From a virus (lineage: Duplodnaviria; Caudoviricetes): a stretch of 64,000 bases of DNA. The position numbers and the translations under genes are program-made. Positions within the stretch are counted from its first letter, which is position 1, and each line of letters opens with the position of its first letter. The stretch spans positions 23,261-87,260 of IMG/VR virus record IMGVR_UViG_3300009868_000003. One strand, given 5' to 3'. This document shows positions 9,537 to 19,125 of the stretch, piece by piece. A model generated the notes under the pieces. The model made no database searches, was not told the DNA's origin, and worked only from the letters and a program-made list of their open reading frames with translations.

Positions 9537-9821
9537 ATGGAACTAGCTACAATTGAACTTTGGAAAGTTATCCCAAAAGAAAGAGATGAGGACCAGGTTT
9601 CTCTAAAATCTTTTGAGATGATAATAGACAGATGGATGAGTCGGGCACTTCCTAACCCGTCTGCTGAAGAATTTGAATGGACTACATACCATGTTTTAAA
9701 TACACTATATGAGGTCAGAAAGATGATGGAGGAGACTGAATCTTACCGTCACTGTGAAATTCTTTTTGTTAAAGAATCAAAATTATTTGATGAAATCAAT
9801 GAACCAACCGAACAATTTTAA
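9537..9821 (+). CDS. hypothetical protein
   Basis: 94-aa ORF, divergent from previous gene. Confidence 0.55.
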   Translation: MELATIELWKVIPKERDEDQVSLKSFEMIIDRWMSRALPNPSAEEFEWTTYHVLNTLYEVRKMMEETESYRHCEILFVKESKLFDEINEPTEQF

Positions 9822-10128
9822 AGGATCTAAAGAATCTGAAATTCTTAAAAACCTTCAATCAGCAAAGGATGAGGTTCCGATATCTCATGCTAGACAACAA
9901 GTAAGAAAATTCACAAGGGCCTTTGTTTTACTTTTAGGCGAGGTTTTATTACTTTTTCTTCTTTGGAACTGGCAGATCTCTCCTCTGCTTAAAACCAAGA
10001 TAACTTTTTTACAGGCTGCATCAATTATCATCTTAATTAAAGTCCTATTTCCAATAGGATCGATGACAGCTACTATATTAGAATCAGTTAAGCCAGCAAA
10101 GACCGAACCTATAAATAACAAAAAATAG
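9754..10128 (+). CDS. membrane protein (true start probably a later Met)
   Basis: Two hydrophobic segments. Confidence 0.55.
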   Translation: MKFFLLKNQNYLMKSMNQPNNFKGSKESEILKNLQSAKDEVPISHARQQVRKFTRAFVLLLGEVLLLFLLWNWQISPLLKTKITFLQAASIIILIKVLFPIGSMTATILESVKPAKTEPINNKK

Positions 10129-10138
10129 GTCAGTCGTC

Positions 10139-10519
10139 ATGCGTAAAAGAATATTGGAATTTGAAGAATGGAAAGGTTCAGAAGCTCCGAATAATTCACA
10201 ATCAGGTCATATTCCAGTAAACCCTGAACCTCTGGTCACCAGAAAAAGAGTATGGACCAAAGCTCAATTGCCAGACCTATCTGCTGAAATTGCAGGAGAC
10301 ATTGAGGCATCCAACATAGGAAATGTTAAACATGTCTACCATATGAATCCTATTGGAATCACAACAGTAGACATAGAAAACATGGAAAAGGCAATTGAAT
10401 CCTATTTAGGAGATTCAGCTGTCGATGTTTCAGTAAATTGGGACGAGGGCGAAAATTTGGTAGTATCTGCTAATAAGATTCGTGATCTTAACGACTACGA
10501 CGAAGAGTTCGATTCATAA
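10139..10519 (+). CDS. hypothetical protein with capsid-targeting-like N-terminus
   Basis: Starts MRKRILEFEEW. Confidence 0.6.
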   Translation: MRKRILEFEEWKGSEAPNNSQSGHIPVNPEPLVTRKRVWTKAQLPDLSAEIAGDIEASNIGNVKHVYHMNPIGITTVDIENMEKAIESYLGDSAVDVSVNWDEGENLVVSANKIRDLNDYDEEFDS

Positions 10520-10532
10520 AACTTTATAGAAA

Positions 10533-10967
10533 ATGTTTAAGAAAGCCTTAATCCTCTTAAAATGGATGATATTTCCATTTTTATTGGCAGCTCAGACCAA
10601 TTTCTCAACACAATTAATTCAATGGAGGACTGAAAACGATAAGCCCCTTAAATGGGCAAGTTCGTTGGAATGGCAGGCTAAAGAAGACCTTGATAAGATT
10701 CTTGAGATTAACACAGAAGACGACCAGAAAATAGACGAAATAGTTTTTGCAAACGCAAAGTTCTTCAATGAAATACGATACATTTATTTTGTGTCACATG
10801 AAGAAAACGACAGTAAAGCAAACAAATGGGTTATAAATTCAATAGCTTCGACTGAAGCTGGTCGAAATCTTTTATTAAGCGGACAGTGGATTAGTTCAGC
10901 AGAGACTGTTAAAACTGTTAATAATACCACAATAAAGTACACTTTAGTCCTCCTGGTTGACCCCTAA
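10533..10967 (+). CDS. putative exported protein
   Basis: Signal-peptide-like N-terminus MFKKALILLKWMIFPFLLAAQ. Confidence 0.55.
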   Translation: MFKKALILLKWMIFPFLLAAQTNFSTQLIQWRTENDKPLKWASSLEWQAKEDLDKILEINTEDDQKIDEIVFANAKFFNEIRYIYFVSHEENDSKANKWVINSIASTEAGRNLLLSGQWISSAETVKTVNNTTIKYTLVLLVDP

Positions 10968-10991
10968 TGGTATATTGTCTAAAAGACTAAT

Positions 10992-11588
10992 ATGCCAAAA
11001 TTCATAACAAACATTTTAAGAAGTCTAACAAAGTCTTTGTTTGAGACTGAAATTACAGAAGCATCAAAGGTAAAGGGACTTGAGACTCGTGTTTCAGACC
11101 TTGAAAAGCTAAATGAAGAATGCACTCAAATAATAAACGAGCAGCAAAGGTCCCTTGTTTTTAAGGGAACTAAGATTGAAGAGCTTGCCAGACAGGCCGC
11201 AACTGACCATTCTAAGATTGCAGGACTTACTGAAAGACTAGAACACCAGCGCCAGCAATTTGAAGAAGAGACAAATGGTTTAAAGGAAACTTTCTTCCTT
11301 CGAGAACAGTTTTTGATTGAATCGAACTGGATGATTGCTGATGAAAAGGAAAGGTTTCAAAAATTAGCAACAACAAACGGTGCAGAATACATTCATCTTA
11401 AAAATGATTCTGAACTATCGATTAAAAAGTTGGAAACTAATCTAAGAACTACCATAATCCAACTTGCACATCATAACTCAAAACATAGGATAGTTTCTTC
11501 AGACCTGCTTTTAAACAGGTTTAAAGGAATTTATCCGGATTGGTTCACTAAAGAAGAAAACGTAACGCAAGATGAAAAGACTCAGTAA
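10992..11588 (+). CDS. coiled-coil protein
   Basis: Long heptad-like E/K/Q/L-rich stretch. Confidence 0.6.
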   Translation: MPKFITNILRSLTKSLFETEITEASKVKGLETRVSDLEKLNEECTQIINEQQRSLVFKGTKIEELARQAATDHSKIAGLTERLEHQRQQFEEETNGLKETFFLREQFLIESNWMIADEKERFQKLATTNGAEYIHLKNDSELSIKKLETNLRTTIIQLAHHNSKHRIVSSDLLLNRFKGIYPDWFTKEENVTQDEKTQ

Positions 11589-12093
11589 ATTTGCCGAATG
11601 GGCAATTCAGCAACACAGAAACACTAATCACTACTACGATAAGCATTTACCATATGAGTTTCACCTTAACCTGGTTGCTCAACAGGCCAATGAGTATAAG
11701 GACTTATGCGACATTGATTTGGATATGGCATACGATGGAGCATACGGTCATGATTTGATTGAAGACGCTCGTATTAACTATAACCAAATCGTACAGTTTA
11801 CCGGTTCAGTTGTATTGGCTGAGTTAATATTCGCAGTAACAAACATGCGAGGTAGAAATGCTTCGGAAAGAGCAAATGCAGAATATTATGACGGTATTCG
11901 TAAGACACCAGGTGCTTTATTTTTAAAGCTTTGTGACCGTCTTGCAAACTTAAAATACGGAGTCCTTACTAAGTCAAGCATGGTCAAAAAATACGCTAAA
12001 GAATATCCTAAGTTTAAAGAAGAACTTTACGACCAAAGGTTTGATCGTATGTTTAAGGACATGAAAAAGATTTTTGAAGAAAACGCACAGTAA
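11572..12093 (+). CDS. HD-domain hydrolase, RelA/SpoT-hydrolase (Mesh1/SAH)-like
   Basis: PYEFHL, GHDLIED, AVT, KLCDRLANL motifs. Confidence 0.75.
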   Translation: MKRLSKFAEWAIQQHRNTNHYYDKHLPYEFHLNLVAQQANEYKDLCDIDLDMAYDGAYGHDLIEDARINYNQIVQFTGSVVLAELIFAVTNMRGRNASERANAEYYDGIRKTPGALFLKLCDRLANLKYGVLTKSSMVKKYAKEYPKFKEELYDQRFDRMFKDMKKIFEENAQ

Positions 12094-12095
12094 AA

Positions 12096-12617
12096 ATGAA
12101 GGGTCTGAGGTTATTGTTTCTTTTTATGATTATGTCGGTGTTTGCATTCTCTCAGGATTATGTGGACATTGCCAAGACTAATCTTGAAAAATATAAGGGA
12201 TTGGTTAAAAACAGAACATATGTAATCGTTATTGATTATTCTAAGGCAATAACTTCAGATCGTCTTTACATCATAAACGTTAAGACCAATAAGATTGTTT
12301 TTGTTTCGACGGTCGCCCATGCATATAACAGCGGTTTATTTTATGCAACCAAATTCAGTAACACCCCAGGTTCTAATATGTCATGTATAGGTGCATTTGT
12401 TACTGAAGGTGAATACAACGGTAGCTTTGGTAGGTCGATGGTTATAAAGGGCCTGGAAAAGCAAAATTCTAATGCAAAATCTCGTAGCATCATCTTTCAT
12501 TCAGACACTAAAATGAAAACCAAATGGAGTAAGGGCTGCTTTGCCACTCCAGAAAAAGCAAACTCCACAATCATTAATCTCACCAAAGGTGGATGTTTGG
12601 TCTATGTCTTTAATTAA
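12096..12617 (+). CDS. Murein L,D-transpeptidase catalytic domain protein (YkuD_2 family) with signal peptide
   Basis: IDYSK...RLYII, VAHAYNSG, FSNTPGSNMSCIG, RSIIFH, SKGCFA. Confidence 0.8.
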   Translation: MKGLRLLFLFMIMSVFAFSQDYVDIAKTNLEKYKGLVKNRTYVIVIDYSKAITSDRLYIINVKTNKIVFVSTVAHAYNSGLFYATKFSNTPGSNMSCIGAFVTEGEYNGSFGRSMVIKGLEKQNSNAKSRSIIFHSDTKMKTKWSKGCFATPEKANSTIINLTKGGCLVYVFN

Positions 12618-13852
12618 GCTTGATTAGGTTGAGGAACCTGTTGAACTCCTTGTTGAGGTTGAGCCTGTGCAAGATTCGGTCCACCTGACTGCCACACTTT
12701 AGACCAAAGGTTTTTGGTCGCTTCAGGTTGGTTGTATTGAACAGTTAACCCAATTTTCTTATTTCCAGTCTTTGCTTGCCATGCGATGTAGTGATGAGCA
12801 AAATCATCCATATATCCTGTTAAATCGATGCATCCATGTGAACCTGGTATGCCTCCTCCGTGGATATACATATTATTTCGTCCAAATGTTTCTGTTCCCT
12901 TTAATGGATAGAGAAAACCTCTATAATTACCCCAAGCAATCTGTTCTTCTGCTCCACCTGATTTCCAATCGGTGTTTATTTTTTGGCCGCTTATTGCTTT
13001 ATATGCATTTGAAAGTATGTCAAGTTTAGAATACGAAGTCTGTCCATCTCTTGATTGTAGATCCCTAATTTCATATTCTCCTTCAGGAGTAGGACCTTGG
13101 TCCTTTATCTTTTGCCATTCCTTCGGGTCCTTTAGATACCTATCAAACTTTCCACTGTTCCATGGAGTTATACCAGAAACTGCTTGCCACATCTTCTTTT
13201 CAACACCATCGACCATCCAGTATAAATACGTTCCGTCGAACTTTAGGTGTGCATTTTTAGAATCAGTAACCTTAGGATCGATTTTTTTAGGATCACCAAT
13301 GATGTTATCAATTATTGCTTGGACCTTGTCTTTAATTCCATCGAAGAAGTTATCAATTTTCTGACCTATTCGGTTTATAGATTCCTTAAACTCATCCTTT
13401 AGATTAGAAAGTCTTTGGGCAAACGTTGGATTTTCCTTCGATACTGTCTCAATCTTTTGTTGGACCTTAGGCTCAGCCGCCTTAGACTTGTCTAAAAGCA
13501 CTGTGACAGTCTTTTTTCCAACTATTCCGTCGGTGACCAATCCGTTTTTTTGTTGAAACGAAACAACCGATGCTCTTGTTCTAGGCCCAAACTTACCGTC
13601 ATTCATTGGGACTATCTGTCCTTTTGCGTTTTTGTAGCTTGTTGCCATGTAACCTAAACCTATTAATAAGCTCTGAAGTTCTTTGACTTCAGCTCCTTCT
13701 GATAAAGGTTGGGCTTCATTTACCTTGCTAAAGTCTTCAGGTGTACAAAGGACGATTTTAGCCTTTTTAATTACCTCAATTGCTTCAGTCACTTCTGGTG
13801 ACTTCTTTAGCGTTTTTTGATAGTCTTCGAATCGGTGAATTGTTCTGGTCAT
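12614..13852 (-). CDS. Peptidoglycan-binding domain plus Tlde1/DUF2778-like L,D-transpeptidase-fold domain
   Basis: DGKFGPRTRASVVSFQQKNGLVTDGIVGKKT (PG_binding_1); GPTPEGEY and YIHGG..GSHGCIDL. Confidence 0.75.
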   Translation of the reverse strand: MTRTIHRFEDYQKTLKKSPEVTEAIEVIKKAKIVLCTPEDFSKVNEAQPLSEGAEVKELQSLLIGLGYMATSYKNAKGQIVPMNDGKFGPRTRASVVSFQQKNGLVTDGIVGKKTVTVLLDKSKAAEPKVQQKIETVSKENPTFAQRLSNLKDEFKESINRIGQKIDNFFDGIKDKVQAIIDNIIGDPKKIDPKVTDSKNAHLKFDGTYLYWMVDGVEKKMWQAVSGITPWNSGKFDRYLKDPKEWQKIKDQGPTPEGEYEIRDLQSRDGQTSYSKLDILSNAYKAISGQKINTDWKSGGAEEQIAWGNYRGFLYPLKGTETFGRNNMYIHGGGIPGSHGCIDLTGYMDDFAHHYIAWQAKTGNKKIGLTVQYNQPEATKNLWSKVWQSGGPNLAQAQPQQGVQQVPQPNQA

Positions 13853-13913
13853 AATTTTATTTATTTTAAAGTTCTCTTGAAACCAGCGATAACATCTACT
13901 GTATAAAATTTAT

Positions 13914-14201
13914 ATGACAGACCTAGAAAAATACGAGTTAATAAACTCGACTAAAAGCGTTGAACAGTTAATGGAGGCCGTTTCGAAAATCGGCCCTATT
14001 CAGGGCTCCAAAGAAGAATTTTCAGTGGAAAATATTCATGGTTCAATTCGTTTGATAATGTTACGCCCATACTATCCGTATTACAATCAACTCACAAGGA
14101 AGTTTGGACTTCGTCAACAGATGATCTATCTGATGACCTATAAAAAATACGATAGGTTGGGCCTCGAATCAGGTGCTTCCTTCGAAACAAAAAATAACTA
14201 A
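13914..14201 (+). CDS. hypothetical protein
   Basis: 95-aa ORF before thyX. Confidence 0.6.
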   Translation: MTDLEKYELINSTKSVEQLMEAVSKIGPIQGSKEEFSVENIHGSIRLIMLRPYYPYYNQLTRKFGLRQQMIYLMTYKKYDRLGLESGASFETKNN

Positions 14202-14209
14202 AACTTTTA

Positions 14210-15289
14210 ATGATTAAAGCAGAAATTGTAGCTGATTCTATTAGCACGTTTAATAGAAGGATCACTACTATGGTCTTAACTTTTCCCAGGTATATCCTAG
14301 CGGAATTTAACACGCACCGAGCATTATCAAAAAATTCGGCATCGTCTAGGGCAATTCCATTCAATAAACCCAAACGACCGATTGATATGATGAGAATGGT
14401 CCAAAATAATCCATTTGTTCCATTGGCCTGGATGATAGACCATGAAGGAATGCAAGGAACAGAATACTTTACAGCTGAACAAGTAAATGGCCTATTATTG
14501 GTAGAAGATTGGCTCAAAGCTAGAACCTTGTTTTTAGAGACAGCAAAGAGCTTTCACGACAGAAAGTTAACCAAGCAAATAGTAAACAGGTTAATTGAAC
14601 CGTTCTTATGGCATACTGTTATAGTGACTGGAACCGAATGGGAAAACTTCTTTGCATTAAGAAATCACCAAGCGGCAGACATTCATATTCAGGAACTGGC
14701 AAAAAAGATGTTAGCTGCATATAATGATTCTACTCCTAAAAACCTTAAACCTGGGGAATGGCATATACCGTTTGGAGACAGGATAGATGAAGATAGACTC
14801 GTCAGAGAACTTGAACTTGACTATCAGCCATATGAAGATGGAACGACAGACGTTGACCACGCTAAAATTCAGATAGCGACAGCAAGGTGTGCTAGGGTAT
14901 CCTATGTGAACTTTGAAGGTAAGGATGATTATTTAGCAGACGTTAAATTATATAGGGATCTCTTAATCGGAGGTCACATGAGTCCATTTGAACACTGTGC
15001 TAAAGCTATGACTAGAGACGAATGGTTAAGATGGACAATTTCATATCCATACTCAGAAGACAAGTTTGATTTATTGAAAGAAGAAATAGGGGACCAAATT
15101 TTAATTCACGAAACAAGCAAACCTGATTCTAAACCTATTAAGATAATTGAACCAGGATGGTGTGGAAACTTTAGAGGTTTTGTTCAACTAAGAAAGACCT
15201 TTAATAATGAAAATAGAAAAGATCCTCGTGTGGTTCAAAAGAAGTATAATTGGAATACAAATGAAACGGTCGATCCAAAGTCTAATTAA
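14210..15289 (+). CDS. thyX: FAD-dependent thymidylate synthase
   Basis: AEFNTHRALSKNSASSRAIP (RHRx7SxR-type motif), NRLIEPF, ARCARVSY, HMSPFEH. Confidence 0.88.
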   Translation: MIKAEIVADSISTFNRRITTMVLTFPRYILAEFNTHRALSKNSASSRAIPFNKPKRPIDMMRMVQNNPFVPLAWMIDHEGMQGTEYFTAEQVNGLLLVEDWLKARTLFLETAKSFHDRKLTKQIVNRLIEPFLWHTVIVTGTEWENFFALRNHQAADIHIQELAKKMLAAYNDSTPKNLKPGEWHIPFGDRIDEDRLVRELELDYQPYEDGTTDVDHAKIQIATARCARVSYVNFEGKDDYLADVKLYRDLLIGGHMSPFEHCAKAMTRDEWLRWTISYPYSEDKFDLLKEEIGDQILIHETSKPDSKPIKIIEPGWCGNFRGFVQLRKTFNNENRKDPRVVQKKYNWNTNETVDPKSN

Positions 15290-15304
15290 AAGACTAAAAC
15301 TAAA

Positions 15305-15344
15305 ATGGAACGAAGAACATAAATTTTCATATGCTCCGTTCCAT
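15305..15344. terminator. imperfect hairpin downstream of thyX
   Basis: Arms atggaacg / cgttccat with further inner pairing. Confidence 0.45.
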
Positions 15345-15368
15345 CCTATGATTTATGTATTAAAAACG

Positions 15369-15395
15369 AAGAGGGACATTTAGCCCCTCTTTTTA
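15369..15395. terminator. probable bidirectional intrinsic terminator
   Basis: aagaggg / ccctctt stem with T and A runs, between convergent genes. Confidence 0.6.
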
Positions 15396-16262
15396 TTTCT
15401 TCTTTGGTTTGTCTTCTTTCTTGGATTTCTTTGAACCTGCCCAATCATGGTATTTTTTAACTTCAATACCTGCTTTTTTTCCTTCAAACAATCCTCCAGT
15501 TTCTCCACCAAAGTCATCTTCTTCGTCTCCAAGGTCTATGTGAGCGTTTAGCTTTTTATTGAGCTTCTTTTCAAGTTCCATGATTTCACGATTAAGTTCA
15601 ATCATTTCCTTGGATAGGGCTTCTCTTTCGGAACTTCCTTTCTTAAGTGATAAGTATTGTTGTTTCTTTTGGGCTGCTTCTTCTTTTTTAGCATCAAGTT
15701 GAGCCTTAAGGTCTCCTTCGTCTTCGAATCCGCTTGCTGTTACTGTTTGTGGTTCTGTATCTGGTGAAAGACCAAATTCTTCACCTCCCTCTTCTTCAGA
15801 TTCTTTATTGATAAATTCTACCATTGCATCAAGACATTCATCAAGAGAACCAAAGGTAGTTTCATATTCTTCATGTTGAGTAACTCCGCTTTCATCTTCA
15901 ACTAAATATGTAAATCCATATTCTTCAGCTTGAGGTTCAGCTGAACCGAATTCTTCAGAACCGTCTCCGTCTTGTAAATCAAGCTCAGAATTTCCTGAAG
16001 GTTTAAATATAATGAACTCAGCAACCTCTGGGTCTTGACTAGTTTCATATTGAGATTTTTGTTCGTCATCTGCAAACACTGCAAATAAGTCGTCGCTTTC
16101 ATCTTCTTCTAATGATACGACTTGGAAAGTCTGTTTAGTTCCCTCATTAAGACGAGTTTCAATGTAGCTAGTTGATTCTTCAGATGATACAGGTACTTCA
16201 GGTAACGTCAGGTCTTCCGATTCGGTAAGCAACCAGTAGCGATAGTTTTTAATATAGCTCAT
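15393..16262 (-). CDS. highly acidic protein with coiled coil and basic tail
   Basis: E/D-rich, ends KKSKKEDKPKKK; TATAAATA upstream. Confidence 0.7.
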   Translation of the reverse strand: MSYIKNYRYWLLTESEDLTLPEVPVSSEESTSYIETRLNEGTKQTFQVVSLEEDESDDLFAVFADDEQKSQYETSQDPEVAEFIIFKPSGNSELDLQDGDGSEEFGSAEPQAEEYGFTYLVEDESGVTQHEEYETTFGSLDECLDAMVEFINKESEEEGGEEFGLSPDTEPQTVTASGFEDEGDLKAQLDAKKEEAAQKKQQYLSLKKGSSEREALSKEMIELNREIMELEKKLNKKLNAHIDLGDEEDDFGGETGGLFEGKKAGIEVKKYHDWAGSKKSKKEDKPKKK

Positions 16263-16285
16263 GTAGCGATTAAGTGATTTTGATT

Positions 16286-16293
16286 TATTTATA
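16286..16293 (-). promoter_or_regulatory. T4-late-like promoter TATAAATA
   Basis: Exact motif about 24 nt upstream of start 16262. Confidence 0.55.
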
Positions 16294-16299
16294 CACCAT

Positions 16300-16307
16300 G
16301 ATAAATA
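16300..16307 (+). promoter_or_regulatory. late-like promoter GATAAATA, back-to-back with the previous one
   Basis: 8 nt upstream of ATG 16316. Confidence 0.45.
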
Positions 16308-16315
16308 GAAATTAT

Positions 16316-16639
16316 ATGGTATTAAGTTTTAGAGAATGGCGTATTAATGAAAATCAGGTCAAATATATTAAGCCTCTCACTATGTTATCTAAACTGAGAA
16401 AGTATCCAGGTGATCAATATCACACGGACCTACTTCCGAGGCTTCAGAGACTAAACAATAAGTGGGGACAGATTAATATAGATGACTGGTATCTAAGGGC
16501 CCAGCAAGAGGATGGGGAATTCTATGCACTTGTTCAAGGAGATTTAATTGGACAACCTGATGTAAGAGAATTGTGGAGAGACTTGACCGGAAGATCTAGT
16601 ACAAAAATGACTCCTGGAATACACCAGGAAAATGTATAA
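16316..16639 (+). CDS. hypothetical protein with capsid-targeting-like N-terminus
   Basis: Starts MVLSFREWRINEN; start chosen downstream of the motif (track starts 16274). Confidence 0.55.
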   Translation: MVLSFREWRINENQVKYIKPLTMLSKLRKYPGDQYHTDLLPRLQRLNNKWGQINIDDWYLRAQQEDGEFYALVQGDLIGQPDVRELWRDLTGRSSTKMTPGIHQENV

Positions 16640-16937
16640 TATGAAGGATTTTTTCATGAAGATGCTTAGAGACTCCAGGGGAGGTGCATCACACAAAAGA
16701 CTAATAACAGTTGTTGCAGCTGGTCTTTTATTCATTGCTTTTGCAATCAGTATCTTTAAAAAGACCATGTTGGAACCATATATGTGGGAAACTATTGCAT
16801 GGATAGCGTTAGGTGGTATGGGTATCTCAACTACTGAGTATTTCAGTAAGGCAAGTTCAAAGCCAGCATATACTGAAAAGGCAGCAGACCCTCTTCCGAC
16901 TAAATTTGTTCCAGATTCAGAGACTCCGACTAAGTAA
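16632..16937 (+). CDS. small two-TM membrane protein, holin-like
   Basis: SHKR followed by two hydrophobic helices. Confidence 0.45.
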   Translation: MYNMKDFFMKMLRDSRGGASHKRLITVVAAGLLFIAFAISIFKKTMLEPYMWETIAWIALGGMGISTTEYFSKASSKPAYTEKAADPLPTKFVPDSETPTK

Positions 16938-17139
16938 GATCAGTTATTTTACAGTTTGTGGAAAGAAGAATAAAATCATCGTATTGAGAGGACGAAAGTT
17001 CAATCATTAAAAGACTATAGACGTCATCTCGAGTGATTGCTTCTGATAGAACCGTCACCTCGTTTTCTTGGATAAATGTTTTTACTCTTTCGTGTTCCGA
17101 TTTAGTTGGAGTTAAAATATGTAGTATGTGATTATTCAT
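16930..17139 (-). CDS. small hypothetical protein
   Basis: 69-aa ORF. Confidence 0.45.
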   Translation of the reverse strand: MNNHILHILTPTKSEHERVKTFIQENEVTVLSEAITRDDVYSLLMIELSSSQYDDFILLSTNCKITDLT

Positions 17140-17141
17140 AA

Positions 17142-17169
17142 AAAAGGGAGACCTAATGGTCTCCCTTTT
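17142..17169. terminator. intrinsic terminator downstream of the Hsp20 gene
   Basis: Perfect aaaagggagacc-taat-ggtctccctttt hairpin. Confidence 0.8.
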
Positions 17170-17201
17170 ACTTTACCAAAAATCAAAGCTATGTTGTTTG
17201 C

Positions 17202-17570
17202 TTAGTTGATTTTTATTCCGCCTCGTTTTTGGTTTGAATCAGGTATTGATACGAATAAGAATCCGTTTTCATACCTTGCATTAACCTCATCTTCGGCAAT
17301 TTCTTCGCCAACCTGGATTTGCAGGTTCAGCTGTTTAGAGCTTATTGAGCCCTCTTCATTTACTTCGCTTGTTCCGGTTACAACCAGGTTTCCGTTTTTC
17401 AGTTCAACTTTAAGGTCTTCTTTTTGAAAACCGGCAACGTTAACCTTAAAGGTTGTCTTACCGTCAGCTTTCAAAACATCGACCGGATTAAAGTCAAATC
17501 CACCGAATCTGAAAGGTAGACCTGAATTTTCACGCTCTAACATAGCGATTAATGTTCCGATGTTTTTCAT
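17202..17570 (-). CDS. small heat-shock protein (Hsp20/alpha-crystallin)
   Basis: VNVAGFQKEDLKVELKNGNLVVTG and ARYENGFLFVSIP. Confidence 0.88.
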   Translation of the reverse strand: MKNIGTLIAMLERENSGLPFRFGGFDFNPVDVLKADGKTTFKVNVAGFQKEDLKVELKNGNLVVTGTSEVNEEGSISSKQLNLQIQVGEEIAEDEVNARYENGFLFVSIPDSNQKRGGIKIN

Positions 17571-17622
17571 AAAATATTTTGTTTAGTTAGGTTAACTTAC
17601 CTATAAAATATGCACCTAGGAC

Positions 17623-18336
17623 TCATGGTTTTTCCATTTCATCTAAAACTTCTAATAACTGAGTGCCGGTTATTATATCTGATATAGTAAGAGTTTCTGT
17701 TTCTTCTGTTTCTTCTGCTTCATTTTCAGACTCTTCAGGTGCATCTACTATTGGGGCAGTAAGATGAATTATTGCCAAAATTAAGTCATTAAGGGTCCAC
17801 CTTCTGTAGCCTGACAGTGCAGTAAAATACCTTCCTCGATTATCTTTGTCTCCAAACTCTATATATGAATCTAAATAGACCGGTTTATCTAATAAATGAT
17901 AGATTTCAGTCACGGTGAAGTCAATATATTTTACTTCAACAAAGGATGCCATTTGAATTTTACTTAGACCTACACAACCCGGCCAAACGTCTATTTCCAT
18001 CATATGCTCAGTCTTTCGTCTAATGGTCTCAGTTTCCCATATAAAACTGACATCATTTATTTCCTGTGCAATTTGGTCGTCTCCTCCCTGAACAGGTTCA
18101 AATATGTCTTTAAAGTCATCATGTTTTAGGTAACCCATATAGATGAAAATAAACTGTTCCCTGTATTTTTCTAGGGCAGTCAATATGTCCCTAAATTTTA
18201 GGTTTTGGTCAAATTCAATGTTATAACCGAGATAATATGATATTGGCAGCTCGAATTTTTCAATAGGCTGCCATGTTGTTCCACTTTCGTCAGTAATCTC
18301 GACGAACATTCCTTCCTTCTTAAACGACAGATACAT
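17623..18336 (-). CDS. hypothetical protein
   Basis: 237-aa ORF; AATAAATA at 18343-18350. Confidence 0.65.
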   Translation of the reverse strand: MYLSFKKEGMFVEITDESGTTWQPIEKFELPISYYLGYNIEFDQNLKFRDILTALEKYREQFIFIYMGYLKHDDFKDIFEPVQGGDDQIAQEINDVSFIWETETIRRKTEHMMEIDVWPGCVGLSKIQMASFVEVKYIDFTVTEIYHLLDKPVYLDSYIEFGDKDNRGRYFTALSGYRRWTLNDLILAIIHLTAPIVDAPEESENEAEETEETETLTISDIITGTQLLEVLDEMEKP

Positions 18337-18356
18337 ATGACTTATTTATTGGTTTA

Positions 18357-19103
18357 TTATTGAGGATACTTTTCATAAAATTGTTGTAACCTCTGTTGAA
18401 ATTTTTGGTGGTATTCTTTAAGATCTGACGGTCCCATAATGAATTCCTGTGGTTCAAATGTCTGTTCGTTTGATATCCAAATTCGTGCTTGATTTACCCT
18501 AATACCTGTTCTATCAAACACAGCGACAGCATATGCTGCTACTTGATGTTTATAATCATCAATAAACTTTTCAATCTTAGGTTTTTTAGCAGTCTTAAAG
18601 TCTATGACGGATATTCCAAGATCATCTATTAACTCCGAAACATTATCAACAGTTCCGGCATATCCTCCACCTCTAGTAGACCATAGGAATCTTTCCTGCA
18701 TGAGGACTTTTTTGATGCTGTTGAAAAAGCCAGACCTAATGTAATTGAAGAACATCATTCCTCCAACTATCTTAGCTCGATTATCAAACTTTTCAATTTC
18801 ATCATCAAGCTTTGAAAGGGAAAGAGTCTCATTTAACCTGTCCTGCTTGCTCATATCTTCCGGTAGATTTAAGTAAAGCTCACATAATCTGTGCATGACA
18901 GTTCCACGTTCGACTGCGTTTTGACTAATTTCCTTAGCATTATCAGTTCCTATTCTTTTCTCCCATCTTTCCAACCAAGCCTTATCCGCGGTTTCACCTA
19001 GGATACTCGTTACGCTTGGATAGACTCCGACTATTTCATTGTCTACTTTAACTTCATAATATCTGAGTCCATTCTTTATGACTCTTTGAATTTGCTCTGC
19101 CAT
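18357..19103 (-). CDS. PD-(D/E)XK exonuclease
   Basis: YPSVTSIL, GTVMH, GYAGTVD, IDFKT, QVAAYA; start set at MAEQ (ATG 19103). Confidence 0.85.
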   Translation of the reverse strand: MAEQIQRVIKNGLRYYEVKVDNEIVGVYPSVTSILGETADKAWLERWEKRIGTDNAKEISQNAVERGTVMHRLCELYLNLPEDMSKQDRLNETLSLSKLDDEIEKFDNRAKIVGGMMFFNYIRSGFFNSIKKVLMQERFLWSTRGGGYAGTVDNVSELIDDLGISVIDFKTAKKPKIEKFIDDYKHQVAAYAVAVFDRTGIRVNQARIWISNEQTFEPQEFIMGPSDLKEYHQKFQQRLQQFYEKYPQ

Positions 19104-19110
19104 ATAAATA
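19103..19110 (+). promoter_or_regulatory. T4-late-like promoter TATAAATA
   Basis: Exact motif 15 nt upstream of ATG 19126. Confidence 0.55.
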
Positions 19111-19125
19111 AATTTATACTTAAAG

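Noticed and set aside
18357-19103. Possible Cas4 / CRISPR adaptation nuclease
   Set aside because: It lacks the four Fe-S cysteines of Cas4 and no repeat-spacer array is visible; an ordinary phage PD-(D/E)XK exonuclease fits.
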